Of a DNA stretch of 32,000 bases, positions 27,401 through 32,000 are shown one piece after another; position 1 is the first letter of the stretch; each line of letters starts with the position of its first letter. The stretch is taken from contig SHMX01000006.1 in assembly GCA_008080745.1 (NCBI GenBank), forward strand, positions 120,001-152,000. Reading direction: 5' to 3'. Below the pieces are notes generated by a model. The model was not told the origin of the DNA and ran no database searches. It worked only from the letters and a program-made list of their open reading frames with translations. The stretch is from Candidatus Thorarchaeota archaeon (lineage in GTDB: Archaea; Asgardarchaeota; Thorarchaeia; Thorarchaeales; Thorarchaeaceae). The position numbers and the translations under genes are program-made.

Positions 27401-30400
27401 CGATGCACCTGAAATAGCCGTTCCATCAATGTAGTCGGAATATGATAATAATGCACTGGCATTTAATGTGAAGTATGCAGGTGGTGTTGATAGAACAGAT
27501 ACCTGAGTAGGTCGAGAGGTGATAGTAGCTTCTGTACTAACCGTAGCGTTAGCGTAATACGGCTCGGTATCGCTCCAGAAGAATTTCACTGAGATATCAT
27601 GACCAGATTCTAGATAGGAAGTGAGGATGGTAGAGAGAATCGATATTGAATAAATTCCTACTGAACCCGATAACGTATACTGACTTGATAAAAGAACAGT
27701 ACCGCCACCATGTGTAAGAATCAAGTTACTCTTATCCAATTCTATAGGACTGTCCAGAAGTGAATCTGAGATCGAAATTTCAAAGGAAACATTCTCACCA
27801 AAGGGTGTATTGAGAGGTGATTTCGAAACGGTAAGAGAAACAATTCGTCTCGATACCTCAATATCTACATCTCTTACTCGTGTCTGATAGTAAGGAGAGC
27901 CAGTGAAGCCCGCAGTGATGGAAATAGTATAGGTTCCGAAATTACCCAAGGCAACAGTATCGATACTTATTATGTAATGTCCATCACCTTCATCGGTAAC
28001 CCAATAGTTATCATTCAAAACCAAAGTTGCCTCTGAGCACGATGCAACTACAGTCGCACCAACTATTCCTGCTGCATTATTATCATCAGTATAATAAACA
28101 GTTATGTTTGCTAGACTAAGGTAAGGAGTTAGGTCGGGCAATTCGCTAGTTAATTGAGCGCGTCTTTCTGTAACAGTTAGATAGAACAAATCTGTTGCAT
28201 CTACTGCATAGCGAGAGCCAGTATATGCTGCGTACGCGGATATTGCATAAGTGCCTGGTGTTACCAAGCCTGTGGTATTAAGATGCAATGTATAAGTGCC
28301 ATCACCATTGTCTATGAAGACATAGAAACCAGATAATGAACCATTCAGTGATAAAATGGCTCCATCCATACCTATGGATGTTCCATCATCAGTATCGGTA
28401 TAGGTGAATACGAGAGTAAGATTGTTTTGATATTGTATCGGTGAATAGGTACCATGAGTCAGCTCAGTATATCTCTCACGTACTTTGATTTGAATAGTAA
28501 TCGAGCTCTTGTTTTGATAATATGGTGAACCTTCCCAAATGATGTCGATATGGAAGCTATGTGTTCCCGGAGTCCAAGAAGAGGTATCAATCTCGATCTT
28601 GAATATGCCAGTGCTATCTCCTTCGTAGTAAATTTGGTAGGTGATTGACTCTTGTATTGAAATTTGAAGATGTGTGCTATTACGAATTGCCTCGGTGGAT
28701 AAAACATCCTTGTAGATGAGTGTGAGATTTACAAGTTCATCATATGGAGTAACTGGCAGCGGATTCCATTCGACAGTAGTTTGTCGATATGTCGAAGTTA
28801 CTGTTACTACAATCGATTGATTCTCGTAAAGAGGTAAAGCTCCATTAGTCCAATTGAACATGATTCTCAATTGGCAGTCAACCAAACCGCTCAGCGCGGA
28901 AGTATTGAATTCAAACCGATATTCACCGGGATTAGTGAATGGATTAATCTCTGTGATGAGGAAATCTGATTGTGTAATGGTCTCTCCAGAAGTGAGGACT
29001 GTGATGTAGATGTGAACATTCCCAGCATAAGAACCAGTAGAATTAACGATTCCTGTGGTATTTGCGGTATCATAGTAAATTATTGAAAACGTGAGGTTTT
29101 CTAGATAGGGAGTCATAACAGGATTATCACCGATGAATATGTCAGTGGGAGTGCTTGTTATCGTTACAGAGGTCTCAATTGAGAGGTCTTCATATTTGTC
29201 AGTTGCTCCGGTCCAGAAGATTTCAATTGTCAGATTACGTTCTCCTACTGAACCCCATTGATCAGCTGGGATGAGTATTAGGTATTCTCCAGGATTTGTT
29301 CCATTCTCGACTGTAAATATAACGGGATTTCCGTCACTAGTGACATTTACTAGTACTGCGAAATCATTGAGGGTTCCATTTTCTATACCCGCCTCAACAT
29401 CAGAGTCATAGTACAGAACAGTTGCCTCAATATCAGCTGTATAGGGAGTAGGATCAATGGAGTTCACTAAATCAAATGATGTGAGATGAGTGCGTAGTTC
29501 AACAGTAATAGTAAAGGTATGATTCTGAGAACCATATCTCTCCACATTAAAGACAACGGTGAAGCTACCAAGAGGATCATCATTTAGCGAATTTAAATCA
29601 ACAGTATAGATACCAGGTTCAACTTCAGTAACAGTATAATTTGTATCCCCTATACTATGAAATTCAGTCCAATTGCAGCTTATCTCACTCTCAGCGTATT
29701 GGATTGGTTGATTTGCATCAGTATCAGTATATGTAATATTTAGAGAACCAGTGTAGCCTACCGGTATTGAAACGAAGCTAGTTGAACGGATAACAGATGT
29801 GTGAACATCTCGAACCTGAACTGAAAGTGCTATTGAACGTGATTCGCAGAAGTCTTTTGTCGCAGTGATATTGATGTCGTATAATCCAAGCGTTACACCA
29901 CTGGTATTGAAGCTAATAGTGTAATGTCCAGGATTCCCAACAACTGCCTCTACGCTATAAGATGTAAGAGTCCAATTAGTGATGATGGATGCATCCGTAA
30001 TCGGCTGACCCAATTGGTCCTCATAGTATACGTCCATCTCAGCGATGTATCCACTAGGCACGTTAATACCAGGTGCATCTTCAGAGAAGAACTCAGTAGT
30101 ATATACAACATTTAATGTGAAGGTATCACTAACCGAGTCATAGTTGTTCTTTGTCCAATCTAGCTGAATGGGATACTGCCCATTGCTGGGTAAAAGAGAA
30201 GTATCTAATGAAACGCTGTATTCTCCAGTGCCCATGTTACTAACTATACCTGAGCCAGCAGCCCAATCATAAGTCATAACACCATCTGGGACCAATTCGT
30301 TAGCATCAGTATCGTTTATCCTCAGTTGGAGAAGGACAACATCACCATATGTCACATTTTTGCTCCAAGAGGTTTCTGAACCAATTGGATATTTAACCAG

Positions 30401-31999
30401 CATATCTGTACTATGATCAATATCAAATAATCTCCTGAAGAAACCAACATTGTGAATCTCATTCGAGCTACTAATACTATCATTTACAAAAGCCTGAACT
30501 TCCCAGTTACCGACAGATGCATTATTGGCCTCTAGAAAGATATAGTCACTTATCGCATAACCAGAAGAAACAGTTGCTGATAGTGAGTACCATTTAGCAA
30601 CATCTGGGTCGTATACATCAAATGTCACAATATCCCCATCATATGAACCGGGAACTGTAGCCCTAAATCGGGTTTGTTCATTGGCTCTGAAGGTTCTTGT
30701 ACTAGACCATTCAGATTGGGTTGAGTCCCATACTTCAAGGTTAGTAATCATATTAGGCGAGTTACCTTTGATCAACCAAAATCCATTCTGATAAATAGTT
30801 GTGATGTCATAGACAGAAACATTTACCACTTCATCGCCAGGTTGTCCCTGATTCCAGCCATAACTCAGATTTGTTGCTCTATCAAAGGGTTCAGCTACAA
30901 AGGTTACATCTCTATTGGTAGGAATTGATACATTGAATGAATATTCGGGCTCGTATCCATCTGGAACTGCTGCATAGTAATTTGTTGTCCATTGTACATT
31001 TGAAGCATTAGAAACAGAATAGGTTTCTCCAGAGTTGAAAAGAGTATCATAAACGGTCATACCACCATGCTTCTTTGCAAATGCCTTGACATCTACATCA
31101 AATTCAATACTAATATCTAAATCGGGGTCCGGGGTAGCTGGAGTAGGAGTCCAAGTGAAGTTGGCAAGTGCATTACTAGTCCAAGCTGGATCTGCCTGAT
31201 AGATGGCGTATCCCTCACCAAAAACAGATGCTCCACCAATGTCACTAACTGAATTTCCATTCATCTCCATATTAATCTGTGATGGCTTTACTTTTGCTTT
31301 TACATAGACGTAAATATTGTCAAATCTTACCTCTGGACGAATATCTTGATTACGATACCATTCTTTCTGAGTTACTCTTAGGCCTAATGTGAGGTCTAAA
31401 TTATTTGGATCTACTTCCGTAGTACTTGCTTCAACAAGACCCGTTGAATACCAAGTATTTGAAGCCAATGTTGGATCTTCAAGACTCCGCCTCCATAGAT
31501 AATCCCCTCCACTATCAGGATCACCATCAGCAACATACATCTCAAAGAAGCCACCCATGATACCCCAACCGCGTAAATCTGCCCAATGGTCAACTGATAC
31601 ACCAATCCAAGTGACTTCACCACGATTGATGTTCAGATTTTGAGTGGCATATGTTTTATCATCTAAATTATACCAATAACCATACGTAGAGTCAGGACGA
31701 TCATCATACCAATAACCATCCATTCTAAGACTAAGAGCAGGATTTCCACTACCATGTCCATTTGCCTCCCACCGAGAATTGAGTTTCATATGACCGCCAC
31801 TCTCAAGGGAATAGACATAACCAGTTGAATTAATTGCAACTCCATAATTGAAATAGAATTCTCCGTTACCCGTACCTTTGCTTCCCCATTGATATTGATA
31901 ACTGTCAATTCCAGAGTCATAAACTAATACTCGATGGTCTCCAGAGTCACATATGAAAACATCACCTGATGAGTCTATGGCAAGTCCTCGAGGGTCTCG
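24467..31999 (-). CDS. Giant type I membrane surface protein B (at least 2510 aa, 5'-truncated), paralog of A, with NHL repeats at the visible N-terminus
   Basis: The frame stays open for 70 more codons upstream of the ORF-track ATG 31789, to the window edge. It is colinear with protein A, with TM FTYTGLGIIGIAILAALYI and a tail of about 188 aa. Its TAA shares base 24467 with the ATG of A. Confidence 0.9.
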   Translation of the reverse strand, partial: RDPRGLAIDSSGDVFICDSGDHRVLVYDSGIDSYQYQWGSKGTGNGEFYFNYGVAINSTGYVYSLESGGHMKLNSRWEANGHGSGNPALSLRMDGYWYDDRPDSTYGYWYNLDDKTYATQNLNINRGEVTWIGVSVDHWADLRGWGIMGGFFEMYVADGDPDSGGDYLWRRSLEDPTLASNTWYSTGLVEASTTEVDPNNLDLTLGLRVTQKEWYRNQDIRPEVRFDNIYVYVKAKVKPSQINMEMNGNSVSDIGGASVFGEGYAIYQADPAWTSNALANFTWTPTPATPDPDLDISIEFDVDVKAFAKKHGGMTVYDTLFNSGETYSVSNASNVQWTTNYYAAVPDGYEPEYSFNVSIPTNRDVTFVAEPFDRATNLSYGWNQGQPGDEVVNVSVYDITTIYQNGFWLIKGNSPNMITNLEVWDSTQSEWSSTRTFRANEQTRFRATVPGSYDGDIVTFDVYDPDVAKWYSLSATVSSGYAISDYIFLEANNASVGNWEVQAFVNDSISSSNEIHNVGFFRRLFDIDHSTDMLVKYPIGSETSWSKNVTYGDVVLLQLRINDTDANELVPDGVMTYDWAAGSGIVSNMGTGEYSVSLDTSLLPSNGQYPIQLDWTKNNYDSVSDTFTLNVVYTTEFFSEDAPGINVPSGYIAEMDVYYEDQLGQPITDASIITNWTLTSYSVEAVVGNPGHYTISFNTSGVTLGLYDINITATKDFCESRSIALSVQVRDVHTSVIRSTSFVSIPVGYTGSLNITYTDTDANQPIQYAESEISCNWTEFHSIGDTNYTVTEVEPGIYTVDLNSLNDDPLGSFTVVFNVERYGSQNHTFTITVELRTHLTSFDLVNSIDPTPYTADIEATVLYYDSDVEAGIENGTLNDFAVLVNVTSDGNPVIFTVENGTNPGEYLILIPADQWGSVGERNLTIEIFWTGATDKYEDLSIETSVTITSTPTDIFIGDNPVMTPYLENLTFSIIYYDTANTTGIVNSTGSYAGNVHIYITVLTSGETITQSDFLITEINPFTNPGEYRFEFNTSALSGLVDCQLRIMFNWTNGALPLYENQSIVVTVTSTYRQTTVEWNPLPVTPYDELVNLTLIYKDVLSTEAIRNSTHLQISIQESITYQIYYEGDSTGIFKIEIDTSSWTPGTHSFHIDIIWEGSPYYQNKSSITIQIKVRERYTELTHGTYSPIQYQNNLTLVFTYTDTDDGTSIGMDGAILSLNGSLSGFYVFIDNGDGTYTLHLNTTGLVTPGTYAISAYAAYTGSRYAVDATDLFYLTVTERRAQLTSELPDLTPYLSLANITVYYTDDNNAAGIVGATVVASCSEATLVLNDNYWVTDEGDGHYIISIDTVALGNFGTYTISITAGFTGSPYYQTRVRDVDIEVSRRIVSLTVSKSPLNTPFGENVSFEISISDSLLDSPIELDKSNLILTHGGGTVLLSSQYTLSGSVGIYSISILSTILTSYLESGHDISVKFFWSDTEPYYANATVSTEATITSRPTQVSVLSTPPAYFTLNASALLSYSDYIDGTAISGASVSIQCVNITPIQYWITDNVDGTYSVSINTTALLTLGRFTFYANFSWSGSPFYQNKTMLRFAITVNPVSTTLSFEISDTSTNYIGDVVVGNLTYINQISGEGIEGGIVSSNWNSLYGTSITIVELGNGIYNVTIETSGLDAEIYSCSFSAEKYLHLNKSILADIVLAAVPVTMEIIATPTDPIWGDSIEFSANITDARDGSPVIGALANMSISEQIFNLTEVSPGIYNYSILSSSFNAGEYSVTFISSLKNYESVQRDFQIRIAKVSTSIDAILDSYITVNGQTVSIEVEYLIKSDSTPISTGIVTYSWTGGSGQIYWSAVESKYIGQFTISGITVGSHQIQVSANSTNYKTVSTQLIIEVSEASTELSILNDNSVLPVVYGDEVNVTVYLNNTELNIPVLGSTLTYSVGTVVGNMTELGTGWYSAMVPTSSIDIREWVLTVSSSLSGYSPATIDVTLQVLKIPTKIDIVGPALISVFYGENATFRFYYNNTHSNLGIDNATSSFIFEGFTGSLVNEGGGNYSLTLNSSMVYAGSIARGISITLSKQNHAYSFTNVKLLVRPISTEVVGNDEFTFPVGDDYSVAFDYMDILHDELVTGATASAIWEFGTVNLIDLGNGTYVFGPDATDISRLDIRDEPYRIRIIISKGNYSQTELVFNLRIREINTELIYEPLPATVYSGRVIYVRVTYMDVDHNVPIAGANNATPNLSLTRLTDQEIDFGNGTYVFAFIPPAVATYEITITLSLSDYQTQTINVVVFSEIPPEQQALVSGFTYTGLGIIGIAILAALYIRVLSVPKLVRKIQRMLKVISKGGIPKPEDVMIRNRLILSMMNEELLPMGIRKTPDDITPSTIEIQILDVEELLDELAKVVGLTDADVQTLRTNLEAMRPSERAGFISEVIRQERSRRAKELAEAEGEEESVEEREVKQKLSETELDDLQEKLLRMGISESEVEIMIEQARELSKAEVDALIDQLGGME
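25130..30415 (-). repeat. Array of about 17 diverged Ig-like protein repeats in giant protein B
   Basis: I counted 17 equivalent strands (MGTGEYSV, NPGHYTI, EPGIYTV, NGDGTYTL, EGDGHYII, LGNGIYNV, LGNGTYVF, FGNGTYVF and others). Boundaries are approximate. Confidence 0.65.
31790..31999 (-). repeat. Two NHL-type beta-propeller repeats in giant protein B
   Basis: Manual translation gives RDPRGLAIDSSGDVFICDSGDHRVLVYDSGIDSYQYQWGSKGTGNGEFYFNYGVAINSTGYVYSLESGGH, matching the NHL consensus P-x-GLA-x-D-x-x-G-x-V-F/Y-x-x-D-x-x-x-HRV and G-x-x-G-x-G-x-GEF. Confidence 0.85.
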
Positions 32000-32000
32000 T

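Noticed and set aside
129-31623. The many 60-113 aa ORFs in the track that overlap larger genes (mostly antisense)
   Set aside because: They lie within clearly recognisable long CDSs and show no motifs, so they are shadow ORFs.
31787-31789. ORF-track start of giant protein B
   Set aside because: The frame is open to the window edge and there is no signal peptide after this ATG, so it is an internal Met.
16587-31999. DGR-like or gene-conversion variation in the giant genes
   Set aside because: By eye I saw no near-identical nucleotide repeat pair and no reverse transcriptase in the window. The repeats look anciently diverged, although a dot-plot would be needed to be sure.

Overview
Archaeal chromosomal DNA, most likely an Asgard archaeon and probably Thorarchaeia. 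This is inferred from GGTGA/GGAGG ribosome-binding sites, an archaeal/eukaryotic-type TyrRS, LRR, TPR and small-GTPase-like genes, and giant Ig-stalk surface proteins. I found no rRNA, tRNA, CRISPR array or mobile element. Bases 1-16.5 kb hold about 16 genes: a 5'-truncated PLP enzyme, LRR and TPR proteins, an ADP-forming acyl-CoA ligase alpha subunit, a GT-C glycosyltransferase, a PIN-domain protein, a cupin, a degenerate Ras-like GTPase/LOG/PPP-phosphatase trio, a tightly coupled DUF362-UbiA-PHP-flippase operon, and tyrS. Bases 16.6-32 kb hold two tandem paralogous type I membrane proteins on the minus strand (2626 aa and at least 2510 aa) overlapping by one base (TAATG). There are two main candidate systems. 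(1) The DUF362-UbiA-PHP-flippase operon looks like a pathway for a lipid-linked pentose donor, with DUF362 showing LarA-like His/Lys/His spacing, possibly a nickel-pincer epimerase replacing DprE1/E2. (2) The giant receptor-like pair has matched 17-domain stalks, a variable head (NHL repeats in one copy) and a conserved cytoplasmic tail with a duplicated helical module. All family assignments come from motif reading; no database search was run.
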